Shown here: positions 29,971 to 38,628 of the stretch, piece by piece | Numbering within the stretch: the first letter of the stretch is position 1 | How the letters are laid out: the number at the start of each line of letters is the position of its first letter | From: Patescibacteria group bacterium | GTDB taxonomy: Bacteria > Patescibacteriota > Dojkabacteria > JAHIVN01 | Assembly (NCBI GenBank): GCA_043816305.1 | Contig: JBDRHZ010000012.1 | Coordinates: 55,701 to 119,700, forward strand | Length of the DNA stretch: 64,000 nucleotides | Reading direction: 5' to 3' | Made by a program: the position numbers and the translations under genes | The notes under the pieces: generated by a model | Databases searched by the model: none | Seen by the model: only the letters and a program-made list of their open reading frames with translations | Told to the model about the DNA's origin: nothing

Positions 29971-31996
29971 GTACTTTGTTCTTTAATTGATAATATTTAG
30001 CGATAGGCTTTTGCCCTTTTATTTGATCAGTAATCATTACTGTCTTTATTCCCTGTGATTTGAAATACCCCTCCTGATTAGCTTTTGTGATAACTTTCAT
30101 TCTATTGGAAGGATTGCTTACAAACTGTTGTATCTTTTGAGGATTATTATTTCCTGATATAACCTCGTTTTTTGAGTACCACTGAGTAATATGATCCCAG
30201 TGCTTGTCATTGCCGGTATCAAACGTTCTTCCTTGCTGTATCTCAATTGGTTTTGTTTGAACCACTTCATTTAGGTATTGCTGAGTGTTTGGATTAGAAA
30301 ACGATATCTCCGATAGATCCATCATCTGATGAATGGTTGCTGGCTGATCTACAAGCGGATAACCTTCAAAGGATTGATTGTAATTAGCCTGTTTGAATCC
30401 ATTTGAAAGGACTGTGCTGTCCTTGACTGAAAGATCTTGAATTTGATCCAGCTTGGGTGATACAGAATACAAAGTTGAGGATTTCCCGCTGTCTTTTAAT
30501 GCTCTATTATCAAGTGGCTTCATGCCAAGCATTGAAAATGCCTTCTTTGCACCAACACCACCAATTACTGCTGTTTTAAAGCTTTCTCCCCCTGCCTTCA
30601 ATGCTGATGATCCACTTTTAAATGCCACACCTGTATCCAGTGCTTTCTTTGCTGTACCTCCAAGTGGTAGTTTTGAAACAATCGCCTCACCTAATGCCTT
30701 GCCAGCCCATGAACGTACTGAGGCTGATTTTCCTTCTGACATTCCTGAAACAATTCCTTCCTTAACTCTTCTGGCCTGTCCAATTGTTGCACCAGCTACA
30801 ATTCCTCCTGCTACTGAGCCACCAATTCCCCATAAAATCCCTGAGAACCTGTTAATAATTGCTGGGATAATGTTTAAGAAAGCAAGTGAGCCAAGTCCAA
30901 GTATTACCTTCGGGACGGGCTCATCTACACTTGCGATTATTTCAATTGCTATACCTATTCCTATCAGGAAAATCGGTTGCATAAATAAGGTTCTGAGTGT
31001 TTCCTCAAGATATGACCTGAAAAATTGTCCTCCTCCGGGTAGTAGTCCAATTACAAATACAATTGGAAACAAAATCATGTGAAGTAACAAGTGGAAAAAA
31101 CGGATGATGAATTGGAATAAAAGAGTGACTAACAGGAAAAATAGACCTATCCATAGAATTATTTCTGCAAAAATATTTAGTGTTCCTTGAATAGTAAACT
31201 GCAATTTCTGGTCAACAATTTGAAGTCCTAAAGCAGTAAACAGTGACTCTGAAAGTGTTCCTGAGCTTGATCCTGCGACAAGCCTTTGAAGCATGAACTT
31301 ATCTAAAGCATTGGTAAGATCAATTGCATTAGCAAATAAAAACCTCATGGCAACCATACCGATAATAAAAAGAAGTGTCTTCTTTGCTATTTCCTTTAAT
31401 AGCAGGATCCCCTTGAATGATCCTTCAAGTACAACATATGTCCCTGTAATAACAATAATTAAAGGAAGAAGAAGCCAGGCGACACTTTGGGTTGCGTTGT
31501 AAAATTTATCAACATGAATAGGTATTCCGTTTCCCCTCGCATCTACTATCTGTCCATCGTTTTTTGCAATATTTGGTGTAAATGCTACATAATCATCAAA
31601 TAGCTCAAGTCCCTGCATGACAATTTCAGATATTGCATCGACAATTGATTCTTGAAAGCTGGAAAATGGATTAAGCATATCAATCGGATTGGGGATTGTT
31701 TGTCCCTGTCCCTGATTTTCAATAACCACAATTCCTGTATCCTTCGGGTTTTCAGGAGATTTGAACTCCTGTTCAATCTTCGGCTGTACAGGTTCTTCTT
31801 TGGGATCTGGATTAAATAAAAGTGCAGAAACAATCTGAATAAGTCCGATTAAAAGCATTAATGCTATGCCAATAATGAAGATCCTGTTAATGAGTTTCAT
31901 TTTCTCCTTATCAGCCTTTTTAATCTTTTCCTTTACTTCTAAAGCTTTATCATGGATTGGTTTGTAAAACTTAATAAAGTTAAACATGTTATACAT
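29939..31996 (-). CDS. TrbL/VirB6-like polytopic T4SS membrane protein
   Basis: 685 aa. Multiple TM helices and a Gly/Ala/Lys-rich C-terminal region. Confidence 0.55.
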   Translation of the reverse strand: MYNMFNFIKFYKPIHDKALEVKEKIKKADKEKMKLINRIFIIGIALMLLIGLIQIVSALLFNPDPKEEPVQPKIEQEFKSPENPKDTGIVVIENQGQGQTIPNPIDMLNPFSSFQESIVDAISEIVMQGLELFDDYVAFTPNIAKNDGQIVDARGNGIPIHVDKFYNATQSVAWLLLPLIIVITGTYVVLEGSFKGILLLKEIAKKTLLFIIGMVAMRFLFANAIDLTNALDKFMLQRLVAGSSSGTLSESLFTALGLQIVDQKLQFTIQGTLNIFAEIILWIGLFFLLVTLLFQFIIRFFHLLLHMILFPIVFVIGLLPGGGQFFRSYLEETLRTLFMQPIFLIGIGIAIEIIASVDEPVPKVILGLGSLAFLNIIPAIINRFSGILWGIGGSVAGGIVAGATIGQARRVKEGIVSGMSEGKSASVRSWAGKALGEAIVSKLPLGGTAKKALDTGVAFKSGSSALKAGGESFKTAVIGGVGAKKAFSMLGMKPLDNRALKDSGKSSTLYSVSPKLDQIQDLSVKDSTVLSNGFKQANYNQSFEGYPLVDQPATIHQMMDLSEISFSNPNTQQYLNEVVQTKPIEIQQGRTFDTGNDKHWDHITQWYSKNEVISGNNNPQKIQQFVSNPSNRMKVITKANQEGYFKSQGIKTVMITDQIKGQKPIAKYYQLKNKVHAGNRTAKTK

Positions 31997-32327
31997 TGGC
32001 TATGAATTTAATAGCGTCCAAAATAAAGTCAGGTTTGAATAGGAAGAGTGCGGCAATTAGCAATAAGAGAATATCTCTAGCTAAAGCTCCTCGATATTGA
32101 GGGTTATCCTTGTTATTAAGCATTTCAAAGGCATCTTTTATGATGAAAAGAATAAATACTCCTGAACCAATTCTAGTCGCTAAAGTAACAATTCTCTCAA
32201 TAATCGCTGATATTTCACCGCTTGGATCAGATTGAGCATAAGCAGTCTGAACCGCTATAAACGGATACATCAGAAACGTTGTTCCAACTAATATCAATTT
32301 CTTGATCTTTTCGATTTTGTTCTTCAT
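31989..32327 (-). CDS. VirB2/TrbC-like pilin
   Basis: 112 aa. Signal peptide ending AYAQ, then two hydrophobic helices. Confidence 0.45.
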   Translation of the reverse strand: MKNKIEKIKKLILVGTTFLMYPFIAVQTAYAQSDPSGEISAIIERIVTLATRIGSGVFILFIIKDAFEMLNNKDNPQYRGALARDILLLLIAALFLFKPDFILDAIKFIANV

Positions 32328-32341
32328 ATATGTTGATTAAT

Positions 32342-32476
32342 AAATTAATGTGGCTCATCCTCCTTTAGGGGATCTTCGTATTTCTTCTGTTTACGGTCTT
32401 TCTTCTCGTGGTATATGCCTCTTATGAAAATGACTGCTACATAAAAAGCAAAAACACTAACAAATATTACTAAGGT
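32342..32476 (-). CDS. Possible 44-aa single-TM protein
   Basis: Unlisted small ORF between the pilin and adhesin genes: MITLVIFVSVFAFYVAVIFIRGIYHEKKDRKQKKYEDPLKEDEPH. Confidence 0.25.
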
Positions 32477-32478
32477 GA

Positions 32479-35400
32479 TCATTTCTTTCTTCTTTTTGAT
32501 TTAATAATTAAGATTAATGTCATAGTACCGATGAGGATCAGCCCAAGACCAAGTGAGACAGGTCTCAGTATTGATTCTCCTGTCTGTGCGATAACAACAT
32601 CTCTGTAAATTCCAGCATTGAGAAAGTTGATACATCCGCTTGCTGTGAGGTATCTGACTCCATCTTTTACATAATCCTCGATCTCTCCATTATCCTTTGG
32701 AGGAAGTAAAACGAGCTTAAACTCATCAGGAGTAGTGATATTGTCATAGCCTTCCGGCTTGAAAACCCTAACAGTTATTAAAGTGTTGTATGGAAGCCCT
32801 GTGTATTCGTAATGACCGTTTTGATCTGTAGATATCTCTACTTCATTGCCTTCAAGGTAATCAGTTTCTCCCCATTTGAGATTTACTCTTACATCAGCAA
32901 TTCCTTTCTCAGATTCGTCATATTTGCTGTTGTTGTTTGAATCTTCCCAAATAAAGCCTCCCATACAGCAGGAACTTACTGTAGCTGTTATCACTTCGCT
33001 TTCAATCTGATCAATAACAGGAGTGTAAATAACAGCAGTATTCCTGACCTCAGTTCCGCTTTCAGTCGGTATTTCTATAACAACTTTGAATGAAAAAGTA
33101 CCTTCAGCTTGAGGTTCAAGTTGTCCAATACTCCAAGATACTTCGTTCTTCTCAGAATTAAATTCACTTGGAATTAAAGGATCTGGATTAACAAACTCAA
33201 CAAACTTAGTATGTTCAGGAATAGAATCTGTTATCTTTGTTTCCGGCGAGTATCCTGTTCCTGTATTTTTATAGCGGATTGTGTAAACAATCATTTCACC
33301 GGGTGATACGGTTTCCGGTAGCGTTTGCTCCTTAATAAGCTCTAGTATTGGAGCGTGTACTATTATTTCAACTTCATCATTAATCTGCGGTCTTTCGTTT
33401 TCGTTTGAATCTGTATAGTTGTATTCAACCTCGTTGTTAAATACATCGAGATCTTCAACAGGAACAAGGAATTTAGCTCTGATTTGAATATCAATACTTT
33501 GTCCAGCCTCAAGCTCAACTTCAAAACTGATGTTCTGTCCGTCAACTATAGTTTTATCTTCAGGATAATCAGCAGAAACAAACTGAAGCCCTTCAGGAAG
33601 GGTATCGCTTACTGTTCCAACAGCTTTTGCACTACCTGTATTTTCAATGTGAATTGAATAAACAATTTCCTCATCACTCTGATACTCTAATTTGTCTGAT
33701 ACTTTTACAATCTGCGCGTCTGGCTGGTTTACCTTAATTATTGCATTGTCGGTATCTGTTTCAACGAGTTCATTTTCCGATACAATTTCTGATACATTGT
33801 TAATTAACCTTTCTGCATCATCGTAAGATAAAGTAACTGTAGAATCTGAGTTGATCTTCACCCTGAATTCTTTAACTTTCCATTCGTCACTAACTTTTAG
33901 ATCCCCGATATTCCAGATAATGTCGTATCCCGTTGAAGTTTCGATTACTTCAATGTTATCCGACACATCAAAAACTTCACTGGATAAAATAACCTCAAAT
34001 TGATTTCCATCCTTATCGGTAATGTATTTTGGAAGATGATCTATTACAGAAGTATCAGGACTGTCTGCGTTACCAGTGTTTCTATAAATGAGGGTATATT
34101 TAAGTGAATCTCCTGCAATTGCGTAAACATCACTTGAATTATTCAAGATACTATCTGCATCAGATCCATATTCGGGATGGTCAACATCTTTTCCGCTGTG
34201 GTCTCTTCCTTTCTCAACTGCTGTTTCATTAATCACAAACTTTTCAATATCATTATCAGGATAAGCTTCAACAGGCAGGTTATGTTCTGCTTGGGCTGGC
34301 GGATAAAAGGAGGTTTCTGTTACTGCAAGATTGTTTAAGTTTGTAGTCCCAACAGGGAAAACAGGATCAAGAACAGCATTGAACGTTAGCGTTTTACTAG
34401 AACCCCAAATGCTTCTTGAATCAGGTTGATATGAGCCATTAAGGATATATTGAGGCTCAGTTGTACTCCAAACAACTCTCCGTGTTTCTCCATCCCAAGC
34501 GCCATCATCTGAAATATCGGAAACTGTCATTCTTTCAGGTACAAAGTCATAAACCTCTGTGTTATATGCGTTTCCAGTACCAATATTTCTTACATTAATC
34601 ACCCAGTGAATAGTTTGAGCAGGATCGGCTGTATCAATTCCATCATCTTTGGTTATCTCAAGTATCGGGGCGTGTATAGTCGTTATTGTCGAATCACTGA
34701 CTGGCGGTACTTCGTTTGTTCTGACCTCTGCTATGTTGTTAATCTGGGTGTTATCAGCAATTCCTGTATTGAACTGAACCGTAAACTGGACACGCCTATT
34801 TTCAGTTTGAGGTAAATTCCCTATATCCCAAACGATTTCACCGACTAGCAGTCCACTTGGATCAATTCGAGTAGTTAAGACCCCTCCATCGCTTATATCA
34901 ATTATCCGACCTTTTCTTATAACTTCCGATACATTATCGTGAATTGAAACAGAGTGCGCATCCGCGTCACCGCTGTTTTCAATGAAGATCGAGTAGGTCG
35001 TTAGCCTTTCGGTATTATCCGGATGCGCGCCTTGTATATGGTTTGAACTGCTGTTTGTTTCATCGCTGTCTGATACAGTTTTATCAATCGTCATTCTTAC
35101 TTCAGCAGTAATATTCGTCTGAGTCGAGTCATTAATAGGAGAAGTCTGATCGCTATCTACAATAGCAGTATTAGGAGCTTGATAAGTGCCGTGTGCTAAA
35201 GGAGAAGTAACTCTTGCTCTAACCGTAAAAGTCCTTGTTTCACTATGTTCAAGTGTTCCAACATTCCAAGTGATTGTATTTCCATTGTCATTTCCACCAC
35301 CTGAATCAATTATTTGTATTAAAGACTGGTCATAATCGTCTGTAACTGTAACTCCTGTTGCTCTTCCACCAGTATTGCCAACCGTTATATTATATGAAAT

Positions 35401-36633
35401 TTCTTCATTCGGTCTTGAGTCGTTTGTCTCAACATTTGTTTCATCATTGTCGCTAACAGTTTTATTAACAGTTAGTACAGGTGGAAGATCGAGCCTTACC
35501 TGTCCTGAATTAAACCAGTAAGGTATAAGAACAACATTGATAGGTGGTCTTTCTATTTGTCCCCAAACTGGCTGATTTGCATTCCAGTTTGACGGTGAGC
35601 CTAAGTCGTCTCTTTGAACAACTCCGGGTCTGATTGCAGGGTTTCCAACATCATAAATTGAAGGCTGAGTTTCCGATTGCGTTTCTTCGTGCCAGTTGTT
35701 ATCCCAGATAGTCGCAGGATCATTAATTATTATATTCGGATAATTTGTTCCCCAATTCTCATCGTAAGTAACAGTCCTATTTTGTCCTGAATTGATACAA
35801 AAGGTTTGGTCATATACTGCACCAGTCGGCATTACATCTCTAAAGCGGATATTGCATAAATTGTATGCAGATGCATTTCGTAAAACTGCTGTATATCTGA
35901 CTGTTAAGTTTGAACCATTCCATATTGGTGAAGCTGTAAAGCTTTGAAGCTGAATTGGCTGAATTGTCTCAAAAGAGTAAATAACATGACCGTATGCCGA
36001 AACATGATCGGGGAAATATCCTACATAACCCGAAGTAATATACTTACCGCTTCTTGCAGGAAAACCATTCATATAGATAGTTCCATAAGTTCCACCCGCT
36101 CCAAGTCTTGTTATATCCCCATCAGCCGGATTTACTCTTGATGTGAAGAAATTGAGTGCATCAAGGTTTACTCCGTGACCTGCATAACTGTATGACCACT
36201 CTCCAATTTCAATTCTAGTATTCGGCGGTACTGCAACTCTATCCGCAATATAAGGATACCTGTGAGCATCAGGATAGGTGATATCAGCAACTTGTGTAAA
36301 ATGATGATTTTGAATCCAGTTGCCATTTACACCATCAACATTCCCATTATCCCAATTAACTCCATTGCCTCCAATATCGTTGTACTGAAGTCCGACTACT
36401 GTTGCGAACTGACAGCCTCCGACATCCCCATCAGGATAAAAAGGATCTGCATGTACTGGTGTTGTAAAAAGCAGATTGGTAATTCCAGAAGTGAATAATA
36501 TCGTTAAAACAGTAAAGAAAGCCCTAAGAAGCTTTCCGATACGCTTTCTTCTGAATATTCGTTTTGTTAAAAGCCGATGTTTTAAAAAGCTTTTAATACG
36601 GTTATTGATAGGCTCTGTATTTTGAGACTTCAT
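32479..36633 (-). CDS. Giant cell-surface adhesin: signal peptide, multiple DUF11 repeats, CnaB-like domain and a C-terminal sorting signal
   Basis: 1384 aa. At least six DUF11-type repeats of the form hY.I.h.N.G...A..V.V.D.hP. A CnaB/SdrD-B-like segment GGFIWEDSNNN...QNGHYEY. The C-terminus is IAQTGES plus a hydrophobic helix plus KSKRRKK. Confidence 0.65.
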   Translation of the reverse strand: MKSQNTEPINNRIKSFLKHRLLTKRIFRRKRIGKLLRAFFTVLTILFTSGITNLLFTTPVHADPFYPDGDVGGCQFATVVGLQYNDIGGNGVNWDNGNVDGVNGNWIQNHHFTQVADITYPDAHRYPYIADRVAVPPNTRIEIGEWSYSYAGHGVNLDALNFFTSRVNPADGDITRLGAGGTYGTIYMNGFPARSGKYITSGYVGYFPDHVSAYGHVIYSFETIQPIQLQSFTASPIWNGSNLTVRYTAVLRNASAYNLCNIRFRDVMPTGAVYDQTFCINSGQNRTVTYDENWGTNYPNIIINDPATIWDNNWHEETQSETQPSIYDVGNPAIRPGVVQRDDLGSPSNWNANQPVWGQIERPPINVVLIPYWFNSGQVRLDLPPVLTVNKTVSDNDETNVETNDSRPNEEISYNITVGNTGGRATGVTVTDDYDQSLIQIIDSGGGNDNGNTITWNVGTLEHSETRTFTVRARVTSPLAHGTYQAPNTAIVDSDQTSPINDSTQTNITAEVRMTIDKTVSDSDETNSSSNHIQGAHPDNTERLTTYSIFIENSGDADAHSVSIHDNVSEVIRKGRIIDISDGGVLTTRIDPSGLLVGEIVWDIGNLPQTENRRVQFTVQFNTGIADNTQINNIAEVRTNEVPPVSDSTITTIHAPILEITKDDGIDTADPAQTIHWVINVRNIGTGNAYNTEVYDFVPERMTVSDISDDGAWDGETRRVVWSTTEPQYILNGSYQPDSRSIWGSSKTLTFNAVLDPVFPVGTTNLNNLAVTETSFYPPAQAEHNLPVEAYPDNDIEKFVINETAVEKGRDHSGKDVDHPEYGSDADSILNNSSDVYAIAGDSLKYTLIYRNTGNADSPDTSVIDHLPKYITDKDGNQFEVILSSEVFDVSDNIEVIETSTGYDIIWNIGDLKVSDEWKVKEFRVKINSDSTVTLSYDDAERLINNVSEIVSENELVETDTDNAIIKVNQPDAQIVKVSDKLEYQSDEEIVYSIHIENTGSAKAVGTVSDTLPEGLQFVSADYPEDKTIVDGQNISFEVELEAGQSIDIQIRAKFLVPVEDLDVFNNEVEYNYTDSNENERPQINDEVEIIVHAPILELIKEQTLPETVSPGEMIVYTIRYKNTGTGYSPETKITDSIPEHTKFVEFVNPDPLIPSEFNSEKNEVSWSIGQLEPQAEGTFSFKVVIEIPTESGTEVRNTAVIYTPVIDQIESEVITATVSSCCMGGFIWEDSNNNSKYDESEKGIADVRVNLKWGETDYLEGNEVEISTDQNGHYEYTGLPYNTLITVRVFKPEGYDNITTPDEFKLVLLPPKDNGEIEDYVKDGVRYLTASGCINFLNAGIYRDVVIAQTGESILRPVSLGLGLILIGTMTLILIIKSKRRKK

Positions 36634-36967
36634 TTTTTAAATACTTAATATTTAATTTAACTACTAGAGTTCCTTCTTCTCTGTTTTTGATTTTTAGAAG
36701 TCCACGCTTATTTACCTGTTGTATTGCCTCATTTAAACTTCCACTTGTTATTCCACATCCGTATATTTGAAAAATTCTTTCTCCTGTATCATTGAAAAAG
36801 TCCTGTCCGTTGAGGAGTTCCTCTTTAAATACAAAACACCAGTGTTCTGGACAAAAACCAAGATAGACAAGCAGGAAAATAGTTAATCGGGCTTCTAATT
36901 CAGAAGCATTCCTTAGAATATGAAATACAAAGTGCATCAATGCTGTTTCTGTGTCTTGTCTTATCAT
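36602..36967 (-). CDS. Hypothetical protein
   Basis: 121 aa, no motif. Confidence 0.35.
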   Translation of the reverse strand: MIRQDTETALMHFVFHILRNASELEARLTIFLLVYLGFCPEHWCFVFKEELLNGQDFFNDTGERIFQIYGCGITSGSLNEAIQQVNKRGLLKIKNREEGTLVVKLNIKYLKNEVSKYRAYQ

Positions 36968-37365
36968 TTGAAGTAAATAACAACTGAGTTAGATATATTG
37001 AAAACTGGATTACCGTTTGATTTGCGAATTTCAACCTTTGGCACATTCAAACCATGCTTGTTACATGCTTCACGAAGGCTTTCTACTCTCTGCCTTAACT
37101 TATCTTTTCTGTGCATGAGGTTTTTGACTGCTTCCAGATAGTCCTCAAAGCTGGCAATCATATAAAAGCCGTATGGACCTTTCGTTGTTGATCCAATCGG
37201 ATAATTTCCTTCGTTAACCAAATACTGAACGACACGTCTGATTTCTCTATCGTTAAGCGGTACACATTCCATCAGCTGATCAACCTGTATAGGATCTACT
37301 TTGCCGATATGCTTCCGAATCAGCTTTAATATTTGTTTTTGGTATCTTCTTTCTTGTTCGTTCAT
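36964..37365 (-). CDS. Hypothetical protein
   Basis: 133 aa. Coupled to its neighbours. Confidence 0.35.
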   Translation of the reverse strand: MNEQERRYQKQILKLIRKHIGKVDPIQVDQLMECVPLNDREIRRVVQYLVNEGNYPIGSTTKGPYGFYMIASFEDYLEAVKNLMHRKDKLRQRVESLREACNKHGLNVPKVEIRKSNGNPVFNISNSVVIYFK

Positions 37366-37565
37366 ACTTGATACATTGGTAATTTGCCTTGCATCTTTGA
37401 GTAGGCGTTATGACAAACTTTGGCGTAATTTGTTAAATTAGTTGCAATGATCTCAACCTTTTCTTCCGTAAGCTTTCTTTTGTATCTCGGTTCAAACACC
37501 TTCCTTATCTGACGTAAAAATTCCTTTCGGTCTGCTACTTTTTGCTTTTCCCTCTTTGTCATCAT
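37362..37565 (-). CDS. Small protein, paralogue of 9446..9703
   Basis: 67 aa with the shared RKVFEPRY block. Confidence 0.45.
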   Translation of the reverse strand: MMTKREKQKVADRKEFLRQIRKVFEPRYKRKLTEEKVEIIATNLTNYAKVCHNAYSKMQGKLPMYQV

Positions 37566-37768
37566 TTTTTGTCCTTACAGATAAACAATTTTTCAAGTCT
37601 CTCTCCAATGGCTTTAGCTATACGAAAAGCATTTGAAAGGTTAGGTATCGATTCACCTCGCTCTATTTTGATGTAACCCATTAAGGATAAATTGGCTCTG
37701 CGAGCAACCTCTCTTTGAGTCAATTTCTTGTTTTTCCTCACTATTTTCAGGTTATTCTTAATGGTCAT
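37562..37768 (-). CDS. Cro-like XRE HTH regulator
   Basis: 68 aa, LTQREVARRANLSLMGYIKIERGES. Divergent from the S24 repressor. Confidence 0.7.
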   Translation of the reverse strand: MTIKNNLKIVRKNKKLTQREVARRANLSLMGYIKIERGESIPNLSNAFRIAKAIGERLEKLFICKDKK

Positions 37769-37784
37769 TTGTGATATATAGAAA

Positions 37785-37806
37785 ACTGTATATTTATTTA
37801 TACAGT
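37785..37806. promoter_or_regulatory. Operator palindrome ACTGTATA-TTTATT-TATACAGT in the divergent Cro/CI promoter region
   Basis: Perfect 8-bp arms. A TTGACT-N17-TATTAT promoter for the repressor gene sits at 37925..37953. Confidence 0.55.
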
Positions 37807-37956
37807 ATCATATATAGACTAATAATTGTGGTCAAGAAAAATAATCCCGAGTAACTCTGAGAGTATACCGATTCACCTTTACTAACCGAGCAAATTCGAG
37901 TTTTACGAAATTCATAATGTACACTTGACTTTATATACTAAAGTGTATATTATTAT

Positions 37957-38628
37957 ATGTATTCTATGACTAACAAGATGATTCACTCTTTAGGAAAACT
38001 CTTAAAACAAATTCGAATAGAAAAAGGGCTTACACAGATAGATGTAGGTCGTAAAATGGGCTTTACCAGCAATGGCTATGTTGCGACCATTGAAAAGGGG
38101 AAATATGAGCCCAATGAAGAAACACTTAAAAAGTATGCAAAAGCGTTAGATATTACTTTTGAAAAGATATTAAAGGTCAAGCAAAAAGGACGTTTAATGG
38201 ATATGGGATTAAGAGAAGATCATATCTTTACAGAAATGATGCGTATCCCTATTCTTGGTCAAGTACCATGCGGAGAACCTTCTGAGGCTATTGAAGAAGC
38301 TCATGAGTACTTTCCTGTACCCTTTGATGAAGAGCTGTCCAGAAAAAAAGATATATTCGGACTCAAAGCTAATGGACTCTCTATGAAAGACGCGGGAATT
38401 TTACCCGGAGATATAATTATCATTGATCCTTACGCTTTCATAAACAATGGAGATATTGTTGTTGCTAAGATAAGTGAAGATGTAACTTTAAAGTTTTATT
38501 ATGAGCGTGGCGGTTATGTTGAGTTAAGACCAGCAAATCCTGATTTTAAACCGATTAAAACCAACGACCCTTCTTTTAGAGTTGTTGGGAAAGTAATTAA
38601 GAAAATAACTGTTGAAAATTATGCTTAA
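37957..38628 (+). CDS. CI/LexA-like repressor (XRE HTH plus S24 peptidase)
   Basis: 223 aa. N-terminal HTH and a C-terminal S24 domain with GLSM (Ser) and VVAKI (Lys). Confidence 0.75.
   Translation: MYSMTNKMIHSLGKLLKQIRIEKGLTQIDVGRKMGFTSNGYVATIEKGKYEPNEETLKKYAKALDITFEKILKVKQKGRLMDMGLREDHIFTEMMRIPILGQVPCGEPSEAIEEAHEYFPVPFDEELSRKKDIFGLKANGLSMKDAGILPGDIIIIDPYAFINNGDIVVAKISEDVTLKFYYERGGYVELRPANPDFKPIKTNDPSFRVVGKVIKKITVENYA

Noticed and set aside
30453-31082. Long antisense ORFs inside large genes (for example 30453..31082, 12974..13315, 56297..56992, 4890..5324)
   Set aside because: They lie wholly antisense to motif-supported genes and have low-complexity composition, typical of AT-rich shadow ORFs.
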